A stretch of 64,000 nt of DNA from an uncultured Dehalococcoidia bacterium (GCA_958295715.1 OY282371.1:1471697-1535696), one strand, 5' to 3'. Positions 9,539 to 20,899 are shown, numbered from the stretch's first letter. Program-made: numbers and translations. Notes: a model not told the origin generated them from the letters alone.

Positions 9539-10243
9539 TCAGTATCCTACTCCCGGCGGCCCCTGTCTAGGGATGATTTCGCCGTGGCCGTAACTCCGCC
9601 ACTCCCCGTTGAAGTAGAGGACGGCCCTGCCCACCCCAACAACCCGCCAGCCGCCGGGCGACTCCACGCAGCATGTCCGAGCGTCTATGCCCAGAATCCT
9701 GACGCCCTTGGGAGCGGTCTCAGCCAGGCCCTTGGACACGGCGGTGGGATCGCTGCCCTCGTGGTGGGGGAGAACGGCGATTCCCGGACAGAGGTCGAGG
9801 GCCGCGCGCCAAGAGCCGTCCCGGGGCAGGCGTAGGAAGGAACCCATGACCATGGCCCCGGCGCTGGAGCCCGCGACTATTCCACCCTGGGCCAGCCACT
9901 CCCGCAGGCGGCGGAGGAGGAGGGAACCCCTTAGAACGGTGAGGAGGCGTTGGGGGCTGCCGCCGGTGAAGTAGACGTGGGTGGAGCCCCCGATTCGCCC
10001 TGCCAGGCCCTCGTCGTTGGCGTCATCGCTATCGAGAACCATGAGCTCCGACGCCTGAGCGCCAAGGCGGGTGAAGTGGCGGACCCCGTTGGCGGCGGCC
10101 TTGGCCGGGGCGTCATGGGCCGCGGTGGGTATCACCAGGACGGACGGGGCCTTGGGAGCGCTCATCTCCAAAAGACTAGCGTCCATGATTTCACAGCCGG
10201 GACGGAACTCGTCCCCGCCCGCCAGAGCTATCCCACCCGGCAC
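9539..10243 (-). CDS. Peptidase S51 family protein (cyanophycinase/dipeptidase E-like)
   Basis: VLVIPTAAHD...YFTGGSPQRLL...GSSAGAMVMG matches the S51 layout, with the serine nucleophile in GSSAGA. GTG start with AGGAGA upstream. Confidence 0.65.
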   Translation of the reverse strand: MPGGIALAGGDEFRPGCEIMDASLLEMSAPKAPSVLVIPTAAHDAPAKAAANGVRHFTRLGAQASELMVLDSDDANDEGLAGRIGGSTHVYFTGGSPQRLLTVLRGSLLLRRLREWLAQGGIVAGSSAGAMVMGSFLRLPRDGSWRAALDLCPGIAVLPHHEGSDPTAVSKGLAETAPKGVRILGIDARTCCVESPGGWRVVGVGRAVLYFNGEWRSYGHGEIIPRQGPPGVGY

Positions 10244-10440
10244 TCGGCCACTCTCCTGGATAAGGTTTTCGCCATCCTACCAGAAGAGGCCGCCGCCGTC
10301 ACAGGGCCAGGAGAGCCTGGCGCGACCGTGGTTCCCCCCTTCCTCTATACTGTCATAGCGCGGGGAGAGCAAAAGCGATGTTGACGCCGGGCTTGGCATG
10401 GCCCTATGCTGAGTCCACCCAAATCGGCAAAGGAGAGCCA

Positions 10441-11343
10441 ATGGCAGGCAACAAGGCCCTTGAGCTTCTGGAGACGCCCCACCCGGAGATGGCGGCCACC
10501 GGGTTTCGCTTCACCGAGGGGCCGCTGTGGAGCGGCGACGGGTTCATCTACTTCGTGGACATCAGGAGGAGCCTCCAGTTCGCATGGAGCCGCTCTACCG
10601 GGTCGCGCGTGGCTCGGGAGGACACGGGGGAGGGCAACGGGACCACCTTTGACGCCGAGGGGCGTATGCTCATGTGCGAGGGCGGACGGCGGCGCGTCAC
10701 CCGCAAGGAAGCGGATGGGCAGTGGGTCCCGGTGGCCGATGGGCTGGACGGCAAGCGTCTCAACCGGCCCAACGACGTCGTGTGCCACTCCAGCGGAGCC
10801 ATCTACTTCACCGACCCGGCGGGCAGGCTGCCGGACTCGGAACGGGACCTGGATTTCTCCGGGGTGCTGATGATATCCACCGACGGGGGCCTGTCGGTGG
10901 CCACGGACGAGTGCGAATACCCCAACGGCCTCGCCTTCTCCCCCGATGAAAGCGTCATGTACGTGGCCATCAGCCGGCTTAACGACGGGTGCATGGGCGA
11001 GAAGGAGCGGGGGCAGGTGTGCAGGCACCAGTACATCCGCGCCTTCGACGTGCAGCCCAACGGCGCCCTGACCAACAACCGCATTTTCGCGGACATGTCA
11101 TCGGCGGAGGACGGGGTGCCCGACGGGATGAAGGTTGACGCTGACGGACGCGTCTTCTGCACAGGGGCCGGCGGGTGCTGGGTCTTTGAGCCCGACGGCG
11201 CTCCCTTGGGAGTCATCCGGCTGCCGGAGATCCCGGCGAACGTGGCCTTTGGCGGCGAGGACCGCCGCGACCTGTTCTTCACGGCGAGAACGTCCCTGTA
11301 CATCCTCCGCGCCCTGACCCCCGGACTGCCCGGCCACCCCTAG
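10441..11343 (+). CDS. SMP-30/gluconolactonase/LRE family lactonase
   Basis: FTEGPLW, NRPNDV, YPNGLAFSPDE, PDGMKVD and ANVAFGG are the blade motifs of this six-bladed propeller family. AAGGAG precedes the ATG at 10441. Confidence 0.8.
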   Translation: MAGNKALELLETPHPEMAATGFRFTEGPLWSGDGFIYFVDIRRSLQFAWSRSTGSRVAREDTGEGNGTTFDAEGRMLMCEGGRRRVTRKEADGQWVPVADGLDGKRLNRPNDVVCHSSGAIYFTDPAGRLPDSERDLDFSGVLMISTDGGLSVATDECEYPNGLAFSPDESVMYVAISRLNDGCMGEKERGQVCRHQYIRAFDVQPNGALTNNRIFADMSSAEDGVPDGMKVDADGRVFCTGAGGCWVFEPDGAPLGVIRLPEIPANVAFGGEDRRDLFFTARTSLYILRALTPGLPGHP

Positions 11344-11383
11344 ACCGACTGAGGCAGGCGGGATGCGCGCCGCCTCCTGTTCC

Positions 11384-11590
11384 GTCATTCCCGCGTAGGC
11401 GGGAATCCATCTTTCCTCTTGGCCTTGCGCCGGGCCAAGCGTGAAACTGTGCCGCTCCCGTCCGTATGGGCGTTCCGGGTTGCCGCCTTACGGCTCTCGT
11501 CCGCAGTTATTACCCGTAATGGTTAGATGCTACGTTCAGCTGATGGGAGGAGGGGGGGATGCATCCCCGCCTCCTCTCATCCCATCACGG
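11384..11590. repeat. ~200-bp MITE-like composite repeat, copy C (one end decayed)
   Basis: A hairpin core at 11384 is followed by the internal module ...CCGTCCGTATGGGCGTTCCGGGTTGCCGCCTTACGGCTCTCGTCCGCAGTTATTACCCGTAATGG...CAGCTGATGGGAGG. This is the reverse complement of the modules at 16949-17149 and 42114-42311. Confidence 0.6.
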
Positions 11591-11689
11591 ATAAGAGGGC
11601 GGGCGGGAAGCCGGAAGGCGCTAACGCGGAACGCTCATACGGATGACGCGCGCCGATACGCGGTTACCCCGGCGCAACAAGGGGGGAGG

Positions 11690-11870
11690 GGATGGATTCC
11701 CGCCTGCGCGGGAATGACGGAAAGAGGGGGCGCGCGCGCCCTTCCCGCCTACGCGGGAATGACGGGAGGGAAAAAGCGGGAATGACGGAACCGGGGGGCG
11801 GGCGGGAAGCCGAAGCTTCCAACCCAGAACCAGCCCTCTTCAAAACAAAGTGGGCGCGCGCGCCCTTTGC
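11690..11870. repeat. REP-like hairpin cluster
   Basis: Cores at about 11694-11720 and 11740-11765 plus a half copy. AGAACCAGCCCTC and GGGCGCGCGCGCCC flank modules are present. Confidence 0.85.
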
Positions 11871-11964
11871 GCTATAAGCTATAATCCAAGGATGCCCCCC
11901 GGGGTCGGCCCGTGGAGGGTGTACAGCAACAGAAACTTGGCCGCGTAGGCCATGGAGGCGCGAA

Positions 11965-12681
11965 ATGTCCAGCGAAACAGGCCGTTACCCCAACGTTGGC
12001 GAGCAGTCCCCGGACTTTACCCTGCCCGACCTGGACGGAAACCCCGTTTCCCTATCCGACTACCGGGGCCGCAAGGTCATCCTCTACGTCTGGGCCTCCT
12101 GGTGAGGGTGCCGGGCGCAGCTGCCAGTTTGGCAGCAGTTCCACCAAGAGAGCCAAGACATCGGGGCCCAGGTGATTTCCGTGGCCGTGGACGCTCAGGG
12201 GGCTGGAAAGGCGCGGCCCTACGTTCAGGCCGCCGGCGCGGACTTTCCAACCCTGGTGGACGAGGAGAATCTCCTGAGCCGCGTTTACGGCTTCAAGGCC
12301 GTTCCCAACACCCTGTTCATAGACGAGGGGGGAACCCTGCGGCTCATGCGGTTCGGCGGCTTCGACATCAGGAGGGCCGAGGATAGAAGGGCCGCCGAGG
12401 AGTGGGTGGGGGACGGCGCCCTTGAGCCGCCGGCGGCCTCCGACGCGCCGGCCCCGGGGGAGGGAACCTCGGACGCCTTGGACCTGTTTAGGGACGGCAT
12501 GAAGCTGTACCGCCAAGACCGCGTGAAGGAGGCCCTGGCCCTGTGGCGGGAGGCCGTGGCCCTGGAGCCGGACAACTACGTTATACGCAAGCAGATTTGG
12601 GCCGTGGAGAACCCCGACCGGTTCTACCGGGACGACGTGGACTACCGTTGGCAGAAGGACCAGATGGCCAGGGGTCTGTAG
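11965..12681 (+). CDS. Thioredoxin-fold redoxin (TlpA/ResA-like) with in-frame TGA at 12103-12105; candidate selenoprotein with TPR-like C-terminal region
   Basis: The ATG at 11965 and track ORF 12172..12681 share a frame, and the only stop between them is the TGA at 12103. Read-through gives [54 protein letters not shown]..., which puts the TGA exactly at the redox-active Cys of the redoxin motif (WAxxUGC). A hairpin lies downstream. Confidence 0.7.
12107..12145 (+). promoter_or_regulatory. Candidate bacterial SECIS stem-loop
   Basis: Perfect 7-bp stem GCTGCCA/TGGCAGC (12120-12126 / 12130-12136) with loop GTT. It starts 14 nt after the TGA. A possible lower helix pairs GGTG (12107-12110) with CACC (12142-12145). 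The apical G-U-containing loop about 22-24 nt after the UGA fits the bSECIS geometry as I recall it. Confidence 0.5.
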
Positions 12682-12696
12682 ACGCCGGGGCTTGGC

Positions 12697-13932
12697 CTAA
12701 GCCCCGCCCTTCACCACCCGGCCCGACTGCATAACCAGGCTTATGCGGTTATGGTCTTGCAGCAGGCTGATGTCCTCCATCGGGTCGCCGTCAACAGCTA
12801 TGACGTCGGCCAGCTTGCCCGGCTCAAGGGAGCCGATATCCTCATCAAGACCCAGAAGCTCGGCGTTGGTCCGGGTGGCACAGATGACGCTATCCATGGG
12901 GCCCAGGACGTTGGCCTGCAACTCCAGGGAGAGGGCGCGGCTCCCGGCGTAGGGGCCAAAAACGTCTGAGCCGGAACCTATCTTGAGGCCGACGGACTTG
13001 GCTATCTCCAGGCTCAGTCCCCCCACGGTCCTAACGGTGTCTATCTTCTGAAGCATGGACTCCGGCGCGCCATGCTCCCTGCCTCGCCTAGCGGCCAGTT
13101 CAAAGATGGCCAGGGTGGGAACCAGAAAGACGCCGTTTTCCTTCATCAGGAAGGCCGACTCCTCATCAAGGAAGTTGCCGTGCTCGATGGAGCGCACGCC
13201 GGCCTGGACGCAGTTCTTGATGCCCTGGGGCACGTAGACGTGGGCCATGACGTACTTTCTGACGGCGCGGGCCTCGTAGACCGCCGCGGCCAACTCCTCC
13301 ACCGTGTACTGGGGGTCTTCAATGGCGCTGGTGGGAGACGCCGCGCCGCCGCCCGCCATAATTTTAATCTGGTCGGCCCCGGCGCGCAGCTGCTCACGGA
13401 CGGCGGCCCTAACCCGGTCGGCGCCGTCGGCGATGGACGCGGCGGCCATGAGCGGGTGCTCGTGGTGGGAGTCGGCCCGCACGTGCCTCTCCCGGTGGTC
13501 GCCGTGGCCGCCGGTCTGGGAGATGACCCCGTTGCTGACCAACATCCGAGGCCCCTTGATAAGCCCCCGTTCCACGGCCAGCTTGAAGCTCCAATCGCAG
13601 CCCCCCGCGTCCCGCAGGGTGGTGTACCCCTGCATAAGGGCGCTCTCCATGTTCTGAGCCACCGACAGGGCGAAAATCGCCCCCGGATGCTTGGCCTCGT
13701 ACTCGCTCACCTTCGCCTCCAGGAGGGCAACGTGGGCGTGGGCGTCTATGAGACCGGGCATGAGGGTCTTGCCCTCCATGTCTATCACCGTGGCGTCCCG
13801 GGGCGTGGAGACCCGGTCGCTGGGGCCGAGGGCCTGAATCCGCTCCCCGGAGACTACCAGGACGCCGCCCCGCAGGGGGTCGCGGCCGGTGCAGTCGATG
13901 ATAGTCGCGTTCTGAAAAACCGTGTCGCTCAT
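12697..13932 (-). CDS. Amidohydrolase (imidazolonepropionase/prolidase-like subgroup)
   Basis: MPGLIDAHAHV HxH motif, then ...HGDH... and VRSIEHG. The ATG at 13932 (MSDTVFQNATIIDCTG) has GGAGG upstream. The track start at 14049 adds 39 low-complexity residues. Confidence 0.8.
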   Translation of the reverse strand: MSDTVFQNATIIDCTGRDPLRGGVLVVSGERIQALGPSDRVSTPRDATVIDMEGKTLMPGLIDAHAHVALLEAKVSEYEAKHPGAIFALSVAQNMESALMQGYTTLRDAGGCDWSFKLAVERGLIKGPRMLVSNGVISQTGGHGDHRERHVRADSHHEHPLMAAASIADGADRVRAAVREQLRAGADQIKIMAGGGAASPTSAIEDPQYTVEELAAAVYEARAVRKYVMAHVYVPQGIKNCVQAGVRSIEHGNFLDEESAFLMKENGVFLVPTLAIFELAARRGREHGAPESMLQKIDTVRTVGGLSLEIAKSVGLKIGSGSDVFGPYAGSRALSLELQANVLGPMDSVICATRTNAELLGLDEDIGSLEPGKLADVIAVDGDPMEDISLLQDHNRISLVMQSGRVVKGGA

Positions 13933-14104
13933 GGCTCTACGCCTCCCCTTTTGTTGGAACCTTTTCGCGGCTCCGTTCACCGGCGCCCCAACCCTATCCC
14001 TTGAAGACGTCGCAGCGAAACCCTCCGGCCTAACCGGCGGCTTGGACATCTAAGGATTCCGGATTCCCCTCTACGCAGGAATGCTTGGCAGGCGGCGGGA
14101 CGGG

Positions 14105-14680
14105 CTAGGAGGGCCGGGGCGCGGCCTCCTCGTAAGTCCCCGCGTCCAGGTCGAACACGTGCTGCCTGGCGCCGTCGCCGCCCATGAGAAGGGCCAGGCA
14201 AACAGGCTCGTCGCCCTGGGCCCACTGGCGATGAACGTTCCGCGGCGGGTCGTGCCAGGCCCTCACGTCGCCCCTCGTCATAACCCCGTCTGAGAACACC
14301 GTCAACTTGGTCTTGCCGGGGCTGTCCGGGTCGTCCTCCCGCTCCCAAACGGTGAACCGCTCATGGCCGGCGATGACGCACTCAACGCCCCAACGGTAAT
14401 GGCTGTGAACGGGCGTGGGGTGGTTGGCGGGGAAGTAGGTTACGGAAAGCTGGAAGTCGGCCCCGGGCACGTGGTGCAGCCAACGCCCGGTTATCCCGGT
14501 GGCGTTCTCCGCCGGCTCGCCCTGGGTGGTGAGGTCGCCGCCCTCCATGACCAGCCGCCGCAGGTTGGAGCCGATGTCGTCCAAGGCCTCGGGCACGGCC
14601 CCCCGGCTGTCGATGGTCTCCTGAACGTAGGCGACGAACTCCTCCACGGAGTAGGCGGGCTTTGTGGAACCTGTGGTCAT
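14105..14680 (-). CDS. Cupin-fold protein (cysteine-dioxygenase-type-I-like; function uncertain)
   Basis: 191 aa. The pattern ...HPTPVHSHYRWGVECVIAGHERF...VHRQW resembles a cupin metal site. AAGGAG lies 6 nt upstream of the ATG. Confidence 0.5.
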   Translation of the reverse strand: MTTGSTKPAYSVEEFVAYVQETIDSRGAVPEALDDIGSNLRRLVMEGGDLTTQGEPAENATGITGRWLHHVPGADFQLSVTYFPANHPTPVHSHYRWGVECVIAGHERFTVWEREDDPDSPGKTKLTVFSDGVMTRGDVRAWHDPPRNVHRQWAQGDEPVCLALLMGGDGARQHVFDLDAGTYEEAAPRPS

Positions 14681-14728
14681 TGGTTTCTCCTTCAGTTGAT
14701 GATTCCGACGATTTATGCCTGCCGGCTG

Positions 14729-16264
14729 TTACGCCTGATTATACAGATAGTGGGATGGGCCTGGCTCCCCGGGCCACTGGCGGTAGAACCGCTGGACGTG
14801 GGGCAGCAGTCGTTGAGCGGCGTCGATTCGCTCCAACTCGCCGGGCGTCAGGTCGCGGGAGAGGCGGGCCTTCAGGTCGGCCCAGACCTCCGACTTGTTG
14901 ACGCGGGTCATCCGGCGGTCCCTCATAACCGTCTCACCATCCACCAAAACCGTGTCCACGTCAAGACCTCTGCCGCGATAGAGGAGGGCGTCCACCGCGT
15001 TAGTGTCCGGGTGCAGGTAGGGTTCCTCGATATGCTCTAGGTTGACCAGGACGACGTCGGCGCGCCTGCCCTCCTCCAAGGCCCCAACCTGGTCGGCGAA
15101 GAAGGTGGCCTTGGCCCCGTTGAGGGTGGCCATGCGCAGGACCTGGTGGGACGTGGGCGCGGGGCCGTCCACCCCCGGCTCCCGGTGGAGCTTGTGGACC
15201 AGGCGCATCTCCTGGAGCATGTCGTTGTCGTCGTTAAGCCCCGCCTCGTCGATACCCAGGGCCACGGTGACGCCCGCGGCGGTCATGGGGTTCACGGGAG
15301 CGACGCCGCTCTTGAGGCGCAAGTTGGAGCTGGCGTTGTGGCAGACCATGGCCCCGGTCTCCGCCATCAACCGGATGTCCGGCCCGGTGAGCCACACGCC
15401 GTGGGCGCAGGACACCTCCGGGCCGGGGAACCCCAGGTCTTGGAGGTGGGCCAAGGGGGTCTTGCCCCAGCGCGTCAGGCCGTAGCGCTTCTGGTAAAAG
15501 CTCTCTTGCAGGTGGATGTGTATCCCCGCGTTATGACGCGCCGCGGCCTCCTTCACGGCCTCCAGGAAGGTGTCCGAGCACCACTGGACGTTGCCAGGGC
15601 TGAGGAACACCCGCGCCCGCGGGTCGCCTCCGAACTCGCCTTTCAGGTCGCTGAACAGGCCCAGGTAGTCCCCGGTGGAGAGTTCGGAGTCCTTAAGACG
15701 CTCGGACATGACCGCCGCCAGGTCCGGCGGCAGGCTCGCCAGGAACCGCTCGTCCTCCTGGTACACCACCCGGTTCTGGTCGCGGTGGGAGAAGGAGAAG
15801 GCTACCCGCATCCCCGAGTCCCGGTAGGCCGTCAACACCTCGCGTCCCATCTCATGCAGGTCGGTCCCCTTGCCCTTGCGCCAAGCGGCGTGGTTGTGCA
15901 TGACGGTCGTTATGCCCGACTCTATCATCTGAATGGCGCAGTAGAGGGTGTCCAGGTAGTTGTCCACGTCCCTGTTCATGGAGCGGACAACTATCCACGG
16001 CTCCAAGGCCAGGTCCGGGCTGCCCAGTTGAAAGGGGGTCAGCCCTATGTGGTGGTGGGCGTTGACCAGCCCCGGCATGACCAGTTGACGGCCTGAGCCT
16101 ATCACCTCATCCGGGGAGCGGCGACGCTTCAGGTCGTCGAACCGGCCCACCTCCACAATCACGCCGTCCTCCTGGTAGAGGGCGCCGTCGGATATCACCT
16201 CGGTGGAGTCCTCGCTGGGGACCCCGGCCAACAGATACTTGCCCCTGATGAGGGAGGAGGCCAT
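14729..16264 (-). CDS. Amidohydrolase (chlorohydrolase / guanine-deaminase-like subgroup)
   Basis: MPGLVNAHHHIGLTP HxH motif, then HIHLQES, CAHGVW and LGIDEAG motifs. The ATG at 16264 has AAGGAG 5 nt upstream. Confidence 0.8.
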   Translation of the reverse strand: MASSLIRGKYLLAGVPSEDSTEVISDGALYQEDGVIVEVGRFDDLKRRRSPDEVIGSGRQLVMPGLVNAHHHIGLTPFQLGSPDLALEPWIVVRSMNRDVDNYLDTLYCAIQMIESGITTVMHNHAAWRKGKGTDLHEMGREVLTAYRDSGMRVAFSFSHRDQNRVVYQEDERFLASLPPDLAAVMSERLKDSELSTGDYLGLFSDLKGEFGGDPRARVFLSPGNVQWCSDTFLEAVKEAAARHNAGIHIHLQESFYQKRYGLTRWGKTPLAHLQDLGFPGPEVSCAHGVWLTGPDIRLMAETGAMVCHNASSNLRLKSGVAPVNPMTAAGVTVALGIDEAGLNDDNDMLQEMRLVHKLHREPGVDGPAPTSHQVLRMATLNGAKATFFADQVGALEEGRRADVVLVNLEHIEEPYLHPDTNAVDALLYRGRGLDVDTVLVDGETVMRDRRMTRVNKSEVWADLKARLSRDLTPGELERIDAAQRLLPHVQRFYRQWPGEPGPSHYLYNQA

Positions 16265-16311
16265 TCCCACTCCTTGAACGGGTCTTACATGGCGGGTCTT
16301 ATGTCTTATAT

Positions 16312-16741
16312 GGAAGGAGCCGGGGGCCTATAAGCCGGGTTCTGTATCCCGCAAGCGGGATGGCGACCATCTATCTAGCCCTTCCGGCTCCCGGAGGAAC
16401 CGGAAATCCCGGCGGGGCCGGGAACGACGTTGCCATCGGGGTCTAGCGGCCTACCCGGGGATGGGCCGGGCGCCCTTGTCCCCCTATTTGGCCTTGCTCC
16501 GGGCGGGGTTTGACCGCCGCCGCGTCGCCGCGGCCGGCCGTGAGCTCTTACCTCACGTTTTCACCCTTATCCCGCGCCCCTGAGTCAGGGGGTTGAGACG
16601 GTTCGGTTTCTGTGTCACTTTCCGTACCCGGCGCCCCGGAGGACGCCGGACCCTGGGCGTTACCCAGCGCCCTGCCCGGTGGAGCCCGGACTTTCCTCTC
16701 CGCTCAATGCGCAGCGGCCGCCCGGCCCTGCCGGCCCTTCC
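16312..16741 (-). ncRNA. rnpB: RNase P RNA, bacterial type A
   Basis: The reverse complement contains the universal blocks GAGGAAAGTCCGGGCTCC, GGGTAACGCC, GGTAAGAGC, AGCAAGGCCAAATAGGGG and ACAGAACCCGGCTTAT in the correct order. P1 can form between 5' GGAAGGGCCGG and 3' CCGGCTCCTTCC. Confidence 0.9.
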
Positions 16742-16748
16742 ACCCATC

Positions 16749-16778
16749 ACTTTAACACGACGGCAAGGGCCGCATCAA
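16749..16778 (-). promoter_or_regulatory. Possible rnpB promoter
   Basis: On the reverse strand: TTGATG, 18 nt, then TGT-TAAAGT (extended -10). The -10 ends 7 nt before the predicted 5' G of the RNA. Weak match. Confidence 0.3.
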
Positions 16779-16948
16779 CGGAGAGGGCACTGCCCACGCC
16801 CGCCAACCCACGCTTGCCACCTCTGCTCGCCATGCCCGCCATCCATCCATCCTTTCGCCCCTTTCGCCACCCTCCCGCGGTCATTCGCGCGTATCCCCAC
16901 TCGCCCTTCCCGCCACCTCTGTTCGCCATGCCCGCCCCCTTCTTTTCC

Positions 16949-17149
16949 GTCATTCCCGCGCAGGCGGGAATCCATGCTCCCTCCTCCCATCAGATGAACG
17001 GACCATCCATCCATTACGGACAATAACTGCGGGCGAGAGCCGGAAGCCGCCAACCCGGAACGCTCATACGGACGGGAGCACGCGCCGCGGCCGCCGTTGT
17101 CACGGCGCAAGGCCAAGAGGGGATGGATTCCCGCCTGCGCGGGAATGAC
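16949..17149. repeat. ~200-bp MITE-like composite repeat, copy A (hairpin cores as terminal inverted repeats)
   Basis: GTCATTCCCGCGCAGGCGGGAATCCAT...CATCAGATGAACGGACCATCCATCCATTACGGACAATAACTGCGGGCGAGAGCCGGAAGCCGCCAACCCGGAACGCTCATACGGACGGGAGC...GGATGGATTCCCGCCTGCGCGGGAATGAC. It aligns along its full length with 42114-42311. Confidence 0.65.
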
Positions 17150-17525
17150 GAGACAGAGAGGAGGGCGGACAGGGGGCAGGAATCCCGAAGCTCCCAACGC
17201 TCTTTAAAACATAAGTGGGCGCACGCGCCCTTCCCGCCTGCGCGGGAATGACGGAAGGGGGGAACGGGAATCAAGGGTGGCGCGGGGCAGAGGACGCCCG
17301 CAAGGGACGCTCATACCCCTCTGGAATGACGCGCGGCTGAGGCGAGGCGCCTCTAAAAGAGCGTTGGTTTGGTGATGTGGGCTTCCTGGATTCCCGTTTT
17401 CACGGGAATGACGAGACAGAGGGAAAGCGGGAATGACGGAGGGGAGGGAATGACGGAAAGCGGGACGGGGCTCCATCTCCCCAGCGCAGAACCAACGCTC
17501 CGCAAAACTAAGTGGGCACGCGTGC
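17150..17525. repeat. REP-like hairpin cluster
   Basis: A core at about 17230-17253, and a T-A stem-variant core at 17388-17412 (TTCCCGTTTTCACGGGAA), plus half copies. Confidence 0.85.
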
Positions 17526-17534
17526 CCTTCCCCG

Positions 17535-18248
17535 TCAGCCGGCGACGAGGATGCGACCGCAGCTGTCGCAGAGGACCGGCTCCCTCCCCAACCGCGCCTG
17601 CTTGACCCGGTGGGTGGGAAGGGAGACACCGCAGGCGCGGCAGAGGCCCCGCTCCACCCTGGCCACGGTCTGATGGCCTTTGGAGCGTCTCACCCTCTCG
17701 TAGAGCTCAACCACCTCGCCGCTCTTCAGGCTCTTCACCGTCTCCCGGCGCCGGCCCTCCAGGGTCTCCAACTCGGACTCTAGCTCCAGCCTCTCCAGCT
17801 TCAGGGACTCCTGCTCCCGGGTCCAGGCCTCCGTCTCACGCTCAAGGAGACCCTCCCCCTCGCCAAGCTCACTCTGGGTCTCCTCCAATTGGACGAGGAG
17901 GTCCAGCATACGCTCATCCAGGCCATTGATTTGGCTGGCGAGGTTGGCCGACTCCCGGTTGAGGTCCTGCAACTCCCTGGGGTTGACCACGGAGCCGCCA
18001 TAGAGCTTGCCCTCCACGGCGGCCTTTTTCTCCCTGGCGGTTTGGGACGTCATATCCAGGTCCCGCCGGTCGCTTTCAAGGGCCCTCAGCCTGTCGCGGC
18101 TGCGCCTCACCCCTTCCTCCCGCTCATCCAGGGCCTCCCGGCGTCCGACGGTCCGGTCGATGGAGGCGACGCGGTCGGCGGCCTCCGACAGGCGGCGGTC
18201 CAACTCTTGCAGGTCCAGCAGAAGCCTGGAGACGTTCATGTCCTTCAC
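17535..18248 (-). CDS. Zinc-ribbon coiled-coil protein (COG1579/DUF164-like)
   Basis: Long heptad-like coiled coil followed by the C4 ribbon CRACGVSLP...CDSCGRIL. Start is uncertain: GTG at 18248 or ATG at 18239. Confidence 0.75.
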   Translation of the reverse strand: MKDMNVSRLLLDLQELDRRLSEAADRVASIDRTVGRREALDEREEGVRRSRDRLRALESDRRDLDMTSQTAREKKAAVEGKLYGGSVVNPRELQDLNRESANLASQINGLDERMLDLLVQLEETQSELGEGEGLLERETEAWTREQESLKLERLELESELETLEGRRRETVKSLKSGEVVELYERVRRSKGHQTVARVERGLCRACGVSLPTHRVKQARLGREPVLCDSCGRILVAG

Positions 18249-18359
18249 GGAGAGGTCGGTGGGATTCCTGGATTTTAGGCGCCGCCGCGGGGGGTGTCAA
18301 CCGGGGCAAGAGGATCGAAGAGCAGACCTGGAAAGGATCACATATCCGTAGCGACCACC

Positions 18360-18640
18360 GCCCCTGTCCGTCATTCCCGCGCAGGCGGGAATCCATCTTC
18401 CTATCCCCGTTATGCCTGGACAATCGCACAACGGCCTGCCACCCCGTCAAGCATGCCCTCTTATCCGTCATACCCATGGAAACGGGAAGGGTGTGTGCGC
18501 CCAGTTTGTTTTGAAGAGCGTTGGTTCTGCGTCGAGGGCTTCCTGGATTCCCGCCTGCGCGGGAATGACGGATGGGACGAAAGGGGAATGACGGAGAGGA
18601 GGGTAGCGGGAATGACGGAAAAGAGGGATGGATCCACCAG
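18360..18640. repeat. REP-like hairpin cluster
   Basis: Cores at about 18369-18395 (forward) and 18545-18570 (reverse), plus GGGAATGACGG half copies. Confidence 0.85.
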
Positions 18641-18718
18641 CCCGGGAAAGGGCCGCGTATCCGTGAGCAAGGGAGGGCGGGAAGTGTTAGAATCTATCCA
18701 CCCGCCGGGAGGAGCGCC

Positions 18719-20899
<2,181 letters not shown>

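Noticed and set aside
8113-9570. 485-aa ORF on the plus strand
   Set aside because: It lies exactly antisense to the well-supported M20 peptidase gene. The product is Gly/Ala/Val/Pro/Arg-rich with no motifs. This is a typical open antisense frame of high-GC DNA.
11912-12386. Track ORFs 11912-12175 and 11952-12386 overlapping the start of the redoxin gene; also a pseudogene/frameshift explanation for the TGA
   Set aside because: Both ORFs are in the wrong frames and give Pro/Arg/Gly-rich products. The third frame gives a textbook redoxin N-terminus continuous with ORF 12172-12681. The TGA falls exactly on the catalytic Cys position and has a hairpin after it, which favours Sec over a random nonsense mutation. 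A nonsense mutation is not formally excluded.
18572-18718. ATG at 18572 as the cysS start (track ORF)
   Set aside because: The extra 49 codons run through hairpin repeats (GNDGEEGSGNDGKEG...). The CysRS homology starts at LRIYNTL, right after a TTG with a strong SD.
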